Positions 1 through 9,163 of a DNA stretch of 64,000 bases are shown piece after piece. Positions within the stretch are counted from its first letter, which is position 1. Each line of letters opens with the position of its first letter. The notes beneath the pieces were generated by a model, which had not been told where the DNA came from, searched no databases, and saw only the letters and a list, made by a program, of their open reading frames with translations. The translations under genes and the position numbers were made by a program. Source of the stretch: an uncultured Acidobacteriota bacterium (lineage in GTDB: Bacteria; Acidobacteriota; Thermoanaerobaculia; Thermoanaerobaculales; Sulfomarinibacteraceae); the NCBI GenBank assembly GCA_963823445.1, contig CAWGLT010000010.1, positions 2,760 through 66,759 on the forward strand. Reading direction: 5' to 3'.

Positions 1-46
1 CAGCCGCCCGGCCCTCTATCGAAAGCTCGAGCGCTATGAGCTCTGA
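1..46 (+). CDS. 3' end of a sigma54-dependent response regulator (upstream duplicate copy, cut by window edge)
   Basis: Nearly identical to 4146-4191 (SRPALYRKLERYEL*, Fis-type HTH end). Confidence 0.85.
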   Translation, partial: SRPALYRKLERYEL

Positions 47-1397
47 GCTTCTCCGCAGCTTCCGCTTTGTAGTGGCGTTACGGATCACACTGATTGTTGC
101 CACGGCGTTGCTCCTTGCGGCCCTCCTGAGCGGACCCCGCCATGCCACCAGCCTGCTGTGCTGTCTTCTGCTCGCCGGCCAGGCATGGTCCCTGGTGCGC
201 TACGTGGAAACCAGCACCCGTCAGGTCGACCAGATGCTCGGCTGTATCGAAAGTGACGATCTGACGCTCCGTCCGGCCGGGCTGCCGGGCGGTCCGGCCT
301 TTGTCCGGCTGCAGTGCCGGATCGATCGGGTACTGAACAGCTTTCGTGAGCTCCGGCTGAGCCGGGAGGAGCACCTGCAATCCCTGCTTGCCGTAGTCCG
401 GCACATCGGTATCGGGGTCATCTCGTTTCACGAGGATGGTGCAGTCGAGCTGATCAACCCGGCGGCCAACACACTGCTCGGCGTCCCCATGTTGCGCAAC
501 ATCGACGATCTGGCCGGGGTCCATCAGAAACTGCACAGTCGGCTCAGGGAATTGACCCCGGGACAGCGCGACTTGGTGATCGTCACTGTCGACGGGGAGC
601 AGCGGCAGCTGGCACTGTTTGCCTCCGAGCTGCGCCAGCACAGCAAGCACCTGAACCTCATCACCATCCAAAACATCGGTCCGGAACTCAACGAGAGAGA
701 GAACGAGGCATGGCAGGATCTGATCCGGGTCCTGACCCACGAGATCAGGAACTCCCTGACACCGATCTCCTCTCTCGCTGCCAGTGTCGAGCAGCATTTC
801 ACCGCGGGTGCTGATGACCCTCCGGCGGCGCTGACTCCGGAGCGGCGGAAGAAGACCCGGGAGGCGCTCAGAGTGATCCAACGGCGCAGCCAGGGGTTGC
901 TGCAGTTCGTCGACACCTACCGCGATCTTGCCCACCTACCCCGCCCGGAGCTGCAGCTGTGCCGAGTGCAGGAACAGTTCGACGAGCTGGAGCGGCTGGT
1001 CACTCCGCAGATTGCTGATCAGGCGGTGACGCTCAGGACATCGGTGATTCCCGAGAGCATGCACATCACCGCCGATCCCAGAATGATCGGTCAGGTACTG
1101 CTCAATCTCACCCTCAACGCCATCGATGCCACTGCCGAGCGTGATGATGCCGAGGTGCTGCTGGCCGCTGTGATCGATCAGCAGGGACGACGTCTCATCC
1201 GGATCAGCGACAACGGCCACGGCATCGCTGCCGAGTCGGTGGAGAAGGTGTTCATCCCGTTCTACAGCACCAAGAGGACCGGTACCGGTATCGGTCTCAG
1301 CCTGTCACGCCAGATCATGCGCCGGCATGGAGGTGACATCACCCTGGTCTCGGAGCCGGGCGCCGGCGCCACCTTCACTCTGCGCTTCCCTCAGTAG
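36..1397 (+). CDS. NtrY-like sensor histidine kinase (2 TM, PAS, HisKA, HATPase), copy 1
   Basis: HEIRNSLTPI H-box, NLTLNA N-box, DNGHGI, FIPFYSTK, GTGIGL motifs. Confidence 0.93.
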   Translation: MSSELLRSFRFVVALRITLIVATALLLAALLSGPRHATSLLCCLLLAGQAWSLVRYVETSTRQVDQMLGCIESDDLTLRPAGLPGGPAFVRLQCRIDRVLNSFRELRLSREEHLQSLLAVVRHIGIGVISFHEDGAVELINPAANTLLGVPMLRNIDDLAGVHQKLHSRLRELTPGQRDLVIVTVDGEQRQLALFASELRQHSKHLNLITIQNIGPELNERENEAWQDLIRVLTHEIRNSLTPISSLAASVEQHFTAGADDPPAALTPERRKKTREALRVIQRRSQGLLQFVDTYRDLAHLPRPELQLCRVQEQFDELERLVTPQIADQAVTLRTSVIPESMHITADPRMIGQVLLNLTLNAIDATAERDDAEVLLAAVIDQQGRRLIRISDNGHGIAAESVEKVFIPFYSTKRTGTGIGLSLSRQIMRRHGGDITLVSEPGAGATFTLRFPQ

Positions 1398-2639
1398 CGG
1401 AATATCAGCAAACGGCTCGTATCCCGAGGTGATGACCTGCTCACCCGGCACAAGCCCGCCCAGGACCTCAAAGTAGTCGCTGCTCCGGCGACCGATGGTG
1501 ACCTGACGCTGTCGTGCCTCTTTGCCGTCGGAATCGAGGACATAGACCCAGCGCCCACCGGTCGACTGAAAAAAGTCGCCTACGGGCAGCAGCAGCGCCT
1601 GCGCAGGGTCGCTGAGCATGAGCCGCAGGTGAAAGGTCTGACCCCGCCGCAGGTCCTCCGGCTGATTGTCGTTGAAAACCAGGTCGACCTCGAAGCGCCC
1701 CTCGATGACCTCCGGGTAGACCTTGTCGACCCGAAAGTGGAAGGTGTTGCCGGTGTAGCTGAAGGTGCCGGTCAGACCGGAGCTGACCCGGCTGATGTAA
1801 TGCTCGTCGATCGCGGCTCGTAGCTTGAAACCGCTCAGAACGTCGACCTGTCCGAGGCGCTCGCCGCGGGCCTTGGACTGTCCCACCTCAGCGTTCAATG
1901 CTGTCAACCGTCCGGCGATCGGCGCCCGGATGACCAGGCTGTCCAGATGCCGCTTGACCACCAGCAGGTTCTCCTGCATTCGCTGCAACGACTCCTCGAG
2001 TTGCTTGATCTGCTCCTGCCGGAGGCGCTGCTCCTGATCCTGGGTCGCGAACAGCAGCTCACGCTGTTCGACCAGGTAGCCCAGCTCCTCGAGTGCCTGT
2101 TCGTGCTCCTGGCGGGAGACCAGGCCCTTCTCGAGCAGGTGCGTCGCATTGCTGCTGAGCCGCTTCTGGCGAGCGATCTCACGCCGGATCTCGAGCACCT
2201 GGCGCTCCATCTGCAGCCGGTGCTCCTCCATTGCCAGCTTGGTGCTGCGCAGGTTGTTGCTCTGCTGGAACAGCTCGGCCTCGCGGTACATGACGTCGAG
2301 CAGCAGGGAGGTGTTGGCGAGCCTCAGAATCCTGTCGCCCTGCTCGACCAGACTCCCGGCCTCGCGATAGATCTCCTCGACCCGACCGCCCTCACTGCCG
2401 TCGAGGTAGTGGGTGATCAGTGGTACGGTGCTGCCGACCACCGGAATATACTCGTGGAAAAGGCCCTGGGTCACGGTCGAAATCCTGAGACGTTCGCGAT
2501 CGACCCCGAGGGTACCGGTCCGCGCCAGCACGATGCCCCTGATTGCGGCGGCTGCGACCACGAAGGCGGCGACAACCATCAGCACCCTGGGCAGCGTCCA
2601 TCTCCGTCTTGCGATCCGTCGATCCATATCTTCGAGCAT
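1305..2639 (-). CDS. Efflux transporter periplasmic adaptor (HlyD/MFP family); native stop apparently lost at the duplication junction, reads through antisense into the kinase
   Basis: N-terminal TM, EGGRVEEI lipoyl half, coiled coil, IRAPIAG, GGLVPGEQVITSGY; start 2639 (AAGGA RBS) or 2627. Confidence 0.88.
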   Translation of the reverse strand: MLEDMDRRIARRRWTLPRVLMVVAAFVVAAAAIRGIVLARTGTLGVDRERLRISTVTQGLFHEYIPVVGSTVPLITHYLDGSEGGRVEEIYREAGSLVEQGDRILRLANTSLLLDVMYREAELFQQSNNLRSTKLAMEEHRLQMERQVLEIRREIARQKRLSSNATHLLEKGLVSRQEHEQALEELGYLVEQRELLFATQDQEQRLRQEQIKQLEESLQRMQENLLVVKRHLDSLVIRAPIAGRLTALNAEVGQSKARGERLGQVDVLSGFKLRAAIDEHYISRVSSGLTGTFSYTGNTFHFRVDKVYPEVIEGRFEVDLVFNDNQPEDLRRGQTFHLRLMLSDPAQALLLPVGDFFQSTGGRWVYVLDSDGKEARQRQVTIGRRSSDYFEVLGGLVPGEQVITSGYEPFADIPLLREAQSEGGAGARLRDQGDVTSMPAHDLA

Positions 2640-2669
2640 TGGGTCCGTCCTTTGCACGCAAGACCTATC

Positions 2670-2684
2670 GCAAGAGGTGTGCCA
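2670..2684 (-). promoter_or_regulatory. sigma54 -24/-12 promoter for the adaptor gene
   Basis: Minus strand TGGCACACCTCTTGC, exact GG-N10-GC consensus about 30 bp upstream of the start. Confidence 0.85.
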
Positions 2685-2737
2685 TGAATCCAGGTCCTTA
2701 CCTTTCAGTGTTTTACGGCAGCAGGCTGGAGTCCTGC

Positions 2738-2775
2738 TGTCAGTCATCGTTACACCACGTGTCCGCTGGCGGACA
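2738..2775. promoter_or_regulatory. Putative enhancer (UAS) sites for the adjacent NtrC-family activator
   Basis: Palindrome TGTCCG-CTGG-CGGACA (2760-2775) and TGT-N11-ACA (2738-2754), 55-90 bp upstream of the sigma54 promoter. Confidence 0.6.
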
Positions 2776-2805
2776 TATGCTATGGTGCTCGTTCAGCAGT
2801 GGTGA

Positions 2806-4191
2806 GTGGAGGCGGAGATGCAGCAACCAGGCCACATACTGATCGTTGACGACGACGAAGATGTCCTGTTTGCGGCTGAGATGCTGCTCGGAGAGCATGT
2901 CAGCCAGGTCCGAACCGAGACCAAACCCGAACGCCTGCCGGAGCTTTTGGCCGGAGAGCGCTTCGACCTCGTCCTGCTCGACATGAACTTCGTCGAGGAC
3001 CTCACCAGCGGCCAGGAGGGATTGCTCTGGCTCGACCGTATTCTCAAGCTCGATGCAACCATGAGCGTCGTGATGATCACCGCCTATGGAGACATCGAGT
3101 TGGCGGTACAGGCGATCAAGAAGGGTGCCTGCGACTTCATCGTCAAACCGTGGCAGAACGAGAAGCTGCTGGCCACGGCATTCGCCGCTTTGTCGCTGTG
3201 CCGCTCTCGCCGCGAGGCCCAGACGCTGCGTTCGCGCCAGCAGCGACTCAGCGCCGACCTCGATCAGCCGTACCAGGACTTTGTCGGCGACGCGCCGCCG
3301 ATCCGGCAGGTCCGGGAGGTCATCGACAAGGTCGCGACCACCGAGGCCAATGTGCTGATCACCGGCGAGCACGGTACCGGCAAGGAGCTGGTGGCGCGGG
3401 CGGTCCACCGGCGCTCGCACCGTGCCGGCGAGGTCTTTGTCAGCGTCGACGTGGCAGCACTCAGCGACACTCTGTTCGAGAGCGAGCTATTCGGCCATGT
3501 CAAGGGCGCCTATACCGATGCCCGGGAGAGTCGGCCCGGCCGTTTCGAGCTGGCCTCGGGCGGGACCCTGATGCTGGACGAGATCGGCAACCTGTCGCCG
3601 GCCTTGCAGGCCAAGCTGCTGACCGTCCTGCAGAGTCGCAAGGTCACGCGGCTCGGCTCGGCCACCGCCCACGAGATCGACATCAGACTGATCTGTGCCA
3701 CCAACGTCTGCCTCCCGGACAAGGTGGCTCAAGGTGAGTTCCGTGAGGATCTTCTGTACCGCATCAACACGATCGAGATCCCCCTGCCGCCGCTGCGCCG
3801 GCGCCGAGAGGATATCCCGGCCTTGGCTCATCACTTTCTGACCCTCTACTCCCGCAAGTATCAACGTCAGATCACCGGCATCGGCTCGGCTACCCTCAAC
3901 AAGCTGCGCGCCTACCACTGGCCCGGCAACGTCCGCGAGCTGCAGCACGCGATCGAGCGGGCGGTGATCATGAGCAGCTCGACCTCACTGCAACCCGGTG
4001 ACTTCTCGTTCGCTGACAGCAGCGACGGAGGTCCGAGCCTGCCGCTCGACACCTTCAACATGGAGGAGATCGAGGCGGTGGTCATCCGCAACGCCCTGGC
4101 CCACTTCGGCGGCAACATCAGCAGAGTCGCCCGTGAGCTCGGGATCAGCCGCCCGGCCCTCTATCGAAAGCTCGAACGCTATGAGCTCTGA
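2806..4191 (+). CDS. sigma54-dependent (NtrC family) response regulator
   Basis: Receiver (IVDDDE, LLDMNF), GEHGTGKE Walker A, ESELFGHVKGAYTDA, WPGNVRELQH, Fis HTH; start may be ATG 2818. Confidence 0.95.
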   Translation: MEAEMQQPGHILIVDDDEDVLFAAEMLLGEHVSQVRTETKPERLPELLAGERFDLVLLDMNFVEDLTSGQEGLLWLDRILKLDATMSVVMITAYGDIELAVQAIKKGACDFIVKPWQNEKLLATAFAALSLCRSRREAQTLRSRQQRLSADLDQPYQDFVGDAPPIRQVREVIDKVATTEANVLITGEHGTGKELVARAVHRRSHRAGEVFVSVDVAALSDTLFESELFGHVKGAYTDARESRPGRFELASGGTLMLDEIGNLSPALQAKLLTVLQSRKVTRLGSATAHEIDIRLICATNVCLPDKVAQGEFREDLLYRINTIEIPLPPLRRRREDIPALAHHFLTLYSRKYQRQITGIGSATLNKLRAYHWPGNVRELQHAIERAVIMSSSTSLQPGDFSFADSSDGGPSLPLDTFNMEEIEAVVIRNALAHFGGNISRVARELGISRPALYRKLERYEL

Positions 4192-5542
4192 GCTTCTCCG
4201 CAGCTTCCGCTTTGTAGTGGCGTTACGGATCACGCTGATTGTCGCCACGGCGTTGCTCCTTGCGGCCCTCCTGAGCGGACCCCGCCATGCCACAAGCCTG
4301 CTGTGCTGTCTCCTGCTCGCCGGCCAGGCATGGTCCCTGGTGCGCTACGTGGAAACCAGCACCCGTCAGGTCGACCAGATGCTCGGCTGCATCGAAAGTG
4401 ACGATCTGACGCTCCGCCCGGCCGGGCTGCCGGGCGGTCCGGCCTTTGTCCGGCTGCAGTGCCGGATCGATCGGGTATTGAACAGCTTTCGTGAGCTCCG
4501 GCTGAGCCGGGAGGAGCACCTGCAATCCCTGCTTGCCGTCGTCCGGCACATCGGTATCGGGGTCATCTCGTTTCACGAGGATGGTGCAGTCGAGCTCATC
4601 AACCCGGCAGCCAACACACTGCTCGGCATCCCCGTGTTGCGCAACATTGACGATCTGGCCGGGGTCCATCAGAAACTGCACAGTCGGCTCAGGGAATTGA
4701 CCCCTGGACAGCGCGACTTGGTGATCGTCACTGTCGACGGGGAGCAGCGGCAGCTGGCACTGTTTGCCTCCGAGCTGCGCCAGCACAGGAAGCACCTGAA
4801 TCTCATCACCATCCAAAACATCGGTCCGGAACTCAACGAGAGAGAGAACGAGGCGTGGCAGGATCTGATCCGGGTCCTGACCCACGAGATCAGGAACTCC
4901 CTGACACCGATCTCCTCTCTCGCTGCCAGTGTCGAGCAGCATTTCGCCGGGGATACCGATGATCCTCCGGCAGCGCTGACTCCGGGGCGGCGGAAGAAGA
5001 TCCGGGAGGCGCTCAGAGTGATCCAACGGCGCAGCCAGGGGTTGCTGCAGTTCGTCGACACCTACCGCGATCTTGCCCACCTGCCCCGCCCGGAGTTGCA
5101 GCTGTGCCGAGTGCAGGAGCAGTTCGACGAGCTGGAGCGGCTGGTCACTCCACAGATTGCCGACCAGGCGGTGACGCTCAGAACCTCGGTGACTCCCGAA
5201 AGCATGCGCATCACCGCCGATCCCAGAATGATCGGTCAGGTACTGCTCAATCTCACCCTCAACGCCATCGATGCCACTGCCGAGCGTGATGATGCCGAGG
5301 TGCTGCTGGCCGCTGTGATCGATCGGCAGGGACGACGTCTCATCCGGATCAGCGACAACGGCCACGGCATCGCTGCCGAGTCGCTGGAGAAGGTGTTCAT
5401 CCCGTTCTACAGCACCAAGAGGACCGGCACCGGTATCGGCCTCAGCCTGTCACGCCAGATCATGCGCCGACATGGAGGCGACATCACCGTGGTTTCGGAG
5501 CCGGGCGCCGGCGCCACCTTCACTCTGCGCTTCGCTCAGTAG
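4181..5542 (+). CDS. NtrY-like sensor histidine kinase, copy 2
   Basis: Same motifs as 36-1397; ATG overlaps the regulator 3' end. Confidence 0.93.
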   Translation: MSSELLRSFRFVVALRITLIVATALLLAALLSGPRHATSLLCCLLLAGQAWSLVRYVETSTRQVDQMLGCIESDDLTLRPAGLPGGPAFVRLQCRIDRVLNSFRELRLSREEHLQSLLAVVRHIGIGVISFHEDGAVELINPAANTLLGIPVLRNIDDLAGVHQKLHSRLRELTPGQRDLVIVTVDGEQRQLALFASELRQHRKHLNLITIQNIGPELNERENEAWQDLIRVLTHEIRNSLTPISSLAASVEQHFAGDTDDPPAALTPGRRKKIREALRVIQRRSQGLLQFVDTYRDLAHLPRPELQLCRVQEQFDELERLVTPQIADQAVTLRTSVTPESMRITADPRMIGQVLLNLTLNAIDATAERDDAEVLLAAVIDRQGRRLIRISDNGHGIAAESLEKVFIPFYSTKRTGTGIGLSLSRQIMRRHGGDITVVSEPGAGATFTLRFAQ

Positions 5543-5662
5543 CGGAATACCGGATGGGTGCCTCGTGTGCGCCAGGTGAAGCCTGGGAAAGGGGGAAGAG
5601 ATGACGTGAGTCAGAGATGACAGCGGAGTCTTGGAAACCTTCCGAACGGACATTGCGTGAAC

Positions 5663-5688
5663 GGTGCCACGTACACACTTCCACACTT
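5663..5688. repeat. 26-bp segment with an inverted copy at 11970-11995
   Basis: GGTGCCACGTACACACTTCCACACTT vs AAGTGTGGAAGTGTGTACGTGGCGCC (25/26). Confidence 0.8.
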
Positions 5689-5765
5689 GTCGCCAAACCG
5701 AATGTGGGCAAGAGCGACCGATGCTCTGTTCTCTGGCTTGGGGAAACCGCGACAATAGGTACCAA

Positions 5766-5842
5766 ATAGGTACCACGTATCACGTTGCGACATTCTCACC
5801 TGGGCAGAGGCAAAACGTGTGATTGTGATACGTGGCACCTAT
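5766..5842. repeat. GGTGCC-tagged palindromic element
   Basis: ATAGGTACCACGTATCAC...GTGATACGTGGCACCTAT inverted arms just 3' of the DUF502 gene. Confidence 0.7.
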
Positions 5843-5848
5843 CCATCC

Positions 5849-6448
5849 TCAGGAATCGGCTTTGACCCGCGCCTTCATCGCCGCCACCAGCTCCTTCGAC
5901 CCCAGCCCCCACCGCGACACGGACTTGATGGCCTGCGTGAAGGGCACGTCGAGCGGGTGCACCCGTTCCCGGCTCAACACGTAAACGGCTCCTGCGAGCG
6001 GCGTCGGCACCGAGGGCACGAAGACCGTGTATTGCCCGTCCTCGAGTTCTTCGATGATGAACGCGAGCACCAGCGCCTCCTCGATCTCCACCAGCGCCGG
6101 CTGCCAGGCCTTTTCGTCTCCTTTCCCCGCCATCTGCAGGGTCAGACTGCGCAGCAGGGCGTACCCGGGAATGCGCTCGAACAACGATCGTTCGATCCGC
6201 TCCCGGGACTTCCGCCCCACGGGGGTGCGGACGGCGACCCCGACCAGCAGACAGACGGCCAAAACCAGTAACAGAGCGAGGATGTTTCCGGCCTGCCAGC
6301 CGTCCGGCAGCAGCGCCGCGATCGGCCGCACCAGACCGGCGACCGAGCCCATGGCCCTGAGGAGCAGCAGGATGGAAAGATAGAGCGGGAGAACGATCAG
6401 AAGCCCGGCCGCCAGCGAAGTCGCCACGAATACGAGAGCTCGCTTCAT
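5849..6448 (-). CDS. DUF502 family membrane protein
   Basis: Two TMs, FERIPGY, VFVPSVPTPLAG motif; start MKRALVF. Confidence 0.85.
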   Translation of the reverse strand: MKRALVFVATSLAAGLLIVLPLYLSILLLLRAMGSVAGLVRPIAALLPDGWQAGNILALLLVLAVCLLVGVAVRTPVGRKSRERIERSLFERIPGYALLRSLTLQMAGKGDEKAWQPALVEIEEALVLAFIIEELEDGQYTVFVPSVPTPLAGAVYVLSRERVHPLDVPFTQAIKSVSRWGLGSKELVAAMKARVKADS

Positions 6449-6527
6449 TGTCGGTTCCTTTCGTGACCCAGATGATAGCAAGTGGCGCGGCCGAGCGGCG
6501 TCTGTCGCCCCGAAAGGTCGGGCGGAA

Positions 6528-6659
6528 TCACTCGTTGCCGACCTCGGGCACTCGTGCCGACGCCGTCAACCACTGTTCACTGGGCACCACCTTGAGCTGC
6601 TCGGTATCGCCCTCGTACGCGGGGGTCATGATCTGCACTCCGTCCTCGTTGAACACGTC
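6528..6659 (-). pseudogene. C-terminal remnant of an MscS-family mechanosensitive channel
   Basis: Manual translation DVFNEDGVQIMTPAYEGDTEQLKVVPSEQW...*, a typical MscS tail; no upstream part. Confidence 0.7.
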
Positions 6660-6668
6660 AGATGGGTG

Positions 6669-6740
6669 GGTGCCACCCTTAGCGTTCTTAGTATTGTTGC
6701 GTCGCCGAAACCGAACAATGCTGTGATTGCGAAGGGTGCC
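6669..6740. repeat. GGTGCC-tagged palindromic element (GGTGCCACCCTT...CGAAGGGTG subtype)
   Basis: Similar to 9042-9129, 13793-13878 and half copy 17242-17268. Confidence 0.7.
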
Positions 6741-6753
6741 TATTCGGCATTCA

Positions 6754-7575
6754 TCAGGGGATCGATCCGTAGACCCTAAGCCACCCCGAGTTGGAGATGC
6801 TGAACATCGTTTGCCCCGACACCGTATTCACGGGACCGACGATCTCCACGCAGTCACCGATCTCGAGTTGTTGACTGGTCCGAACGACTGAGGCGAAGCT
6901 GGAGAGCGGTCGTTCATGGGTCAATTCGAAGCATGTGAACGAGCTGCCACAAGCCCCAAGGGTTGCTGTCACCTCACCGTAAACTCTGTGGACTTCGCGC
7001 CCTTCGGAAGAATAGGAGAAGGGTACGGCGTTCGACTCGGGTACGAAGACAGGATTGTCAATGGAAACGATGGAAAGGTCCAATAGCGCAGTGATCTCCA
7101 ATTCCCCGCCAACGTTGCTGACCTCAGTCGCCGCAAAGGAAATTCGGTCACCTGGGTGAACCGCAAGCCCACTCGAGAGGAAGACTCTCATCGCGGCGGT
7201 AGCGTCGGCCACCCAGAAGTCGTGGAAGCTCCCGGGATTCGCGGCGTATCCGACGGTGGCGACAGTGACCTGTTCGACCCAGAAAAAGACTGACTGGGAG
7301 CTGCTTGATGGAAGCGTGGCGGCAGCGGCCTCGACAGCGCCGAGCGAGGAATCGTTGGCGTAACGGTTCAACGTCACAAGGTCCGGATCTATCGCACCTG
7401 CCCATGGATCGCCCCGGTCGATTTCGAAGCAGCCGCCGGGTGAGGGACAGCCGGAGCAGCTATTCCACGGGTAGTCTCCCGGTTCGAAGCCGTTGAAGAA
7501 AACTACTTCCTGCGCCGCCAGCGGAATCGCAAACAGACCAAACGCGAGGAACTTCACGATTGCGGACGCTCTCAT
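6754..7575 (-). CDS. Secreted hypothetical protein, possibly two OB-fold-like domains
   Basis: Signal peptide, VFFNGFE motif, paired Cys, RBS GGGGA; fold is inference. Confidence 0.7.
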   Translation of the reverse strand: MRASAIVKFLAFGLFAIPLAAQEVVFFNGFEPGDYPWNSCSGCPSPGGCFEIDRGDPWAGAIDPDLVTLNRYANDSSLGAVEAAAATLPSSSSQSVFFWVEQVTVATVGYAANPGSFHDFWVADATAAMRVFLSSGLAVHPGDRISFAATEVSNVGGELEITALLDLSIVSIDNPVFVPESNAVPFSYSSEGREVHRVYGEVTATLGACGSSFTCFELTHERPLSSFASVVRTSQQLEIGDCVEIVGPVNTVSGQTMFSISNSGWLRVYGSIP

Positions 7576-7954
7576 TGAATCCCCCTGAAAATAGGCTGGA
7601 ATTTTATTTTCTCACCTTCGAACGTACCACACCTCCCGGCCCGTGAGCTCGGCCCCGGGATGATCGACAGCCGCCCGATTTCCTCGACCTGACGGCCTAC
7701 GTCTCCGGATCTCGGGGACTTCTCGCCCTCCCTCTTCGGTGAACGCCCTCCCGTACCCCGAAACCGTGCCAGGTTTACACATTCGCAGGTTCGTAACCGG
7801 CCACCTCGTTGAATGTGTGAATATTCAAATCTGGCACCATTCAATATGGACGCCACTGCAAGGCGGCGATCGAAAACATACGGAATTCGAACGCGTACCT
7901 TTTCGAGAGGCGACGTCGAACATTCGGATTGTGAGAGGGAAGGGAGGAACGGCG

Positions 7955-8983
7955 GTGATTGGATCCAGGGGAAGGAAAAGCGTCATGGTGAGTTTGGCGA
8001 TGGTGATGCTGCTGTGCGGGGGGTGCGCTCAGCGCGAGGCGGTGACCGAGGCTCCCGCGGAGGTTTCGGCGTCGTCGCCGTATCTCGGAGCGAACCCGCC
8101 AGGGGACTCACCGGTGCTGTTTGCCCCCGGAATCGTGTCGACCGACACCCGGGAGTGGAGCATGGCCTCCACGCCGGACGGCCTCGAACTCTTCTTCGGA
8201 GTCGTCACGGACGAGCGGTCCTGGATTTTCCACACCAGGGAGATCGACGGGACCTGGACCGAACTCGCCGTCGCGTCGTTCAGCGGTGAGTACAACGACT
8301 ACGACCTCACCATGAGCCCCGACGGCAACCGCGTGTACTTCACTTCGAATCGGCCGCCCGACGGCGCCGGGCCCGTCCTCGAGAACTCGGATATCTGGTA
8401 CGTCGATCGCACCGGTGACGCTTGGGGCGATCCTGTGCGGTTCCCGGATCCCGTCAACTCCGAGGCGCGCGATCTCTATCCGTCGGAGTCGCGCGACGGC
8501 TACGTGTACTTCTTCAGCATGAGATCCGGTGGGTTCGGAGGGTTCGACATCTACCGCGTCGCGCCGCTCGGAGAGGGTTTCGGAGTCCCGGAGAACCTCG
8601 GCGCATCGATCAACACCGAGGAAAACGAGACCGACGCGTGCATTTCGCCGGACGGCGACTACCTGGTGTTCACCTCAACGAGAGAGGGCGGGTTCGGCAG
8701 CGGAGATCTCTACGTCAGCTTCAGGACGGACGACGGTGGGTGGACGCGTGCGGTGAATCTCGGCGAGACGGTCAACAGCGAGCACCTCGAGTTCTGCCCG
8801 AGCGTTTCCCGGGACGGGAAATTCCTCTTCTTCACCAGCAACCGGCCGAAAGAACAGGAGATCACGGGTGCGCCCGGCGTCAGAGACGAGCTCGGTGTGA
8901 CTCCGAGCGCCGAGCGCCCCGATATCGACATCTACTGGGTCGACGCGGGCTTCATCGAGCGCTTCCGGCCGGGTGTGGGGTAG
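7955..8983 (+). CDS. TolB-like/PD40 beta-propeller (lipo)protein
   Basis: Repeats SPDGNRVYFTSNR, SPDGDYLVFTSTR, SRDGKFLFFTSNR; lipobox-like LLCGGC; GGAGG RBS before GTG. Confidence 0.85.
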   Translation: MIGSRGRKSVMVSLAMVMLLCGGCAQREAVTEAPAEVSASSPYLGANPPGDSPVLFAPGIVSTDTREWSMASTPDGLELFFGVVTDERSWIFHTREIDGTWTELAVASFSGEYNDYDLTMSPDGNRVYFTSNRPPDGAGPVLENSDIWYVDRTGDAWGDPVRFPDPVNSEARDLYPSESRDGYVYFFSMRSGGFGGFDIYRVAPLGEGFGVPENLGASINTEENETDACISPDGDYLVFTSTREGGFGSGDLYVSFRTDDGGWTRAVNLGETVNSEHLEFCPSVSRDGKFLFFTSNRPKEQEITGAPGVRDELGVTPSAERPDIDIYWVDAGFIERFRPGVG

Positions 8984-9041
8984 CGCTCCGGATTCGAAGG
9001 GATCGGTACCACGATCGTTACCACACCGAATAGGCGCAATA

Positions 9042-9129
9042 GGCGCCACCCTTCGCTTTCACGCATTGTTCCTGGCCTGAGTTATCGGTGACCGAGGGTC
9101 AGCAATGCAACAATGCGAAGGGTGGCACC
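9042..9129. repeat. GGTGCC-tagged palindromic element
   Basis: GGCGCCACCCTTCGC..CACGCATTGTT...AACAATGCGAAGGGTGGCACC. Confidence 0.8.
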
Positions 9130-9163
9130 AATGGTGAATTTTTTGCGCGCGGGAGAATATCGA

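Larger units (their letters stand above)
1..5549. repeat. Tandem segmental duplication, period 4145 bp (1-1404 matches 4146-5549)
   Basis: Direct comparison; identity ends at GCGGAATA at 1404/5549; the two kinases differ at about 15 of 453 aa. Confidence 0.92.
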
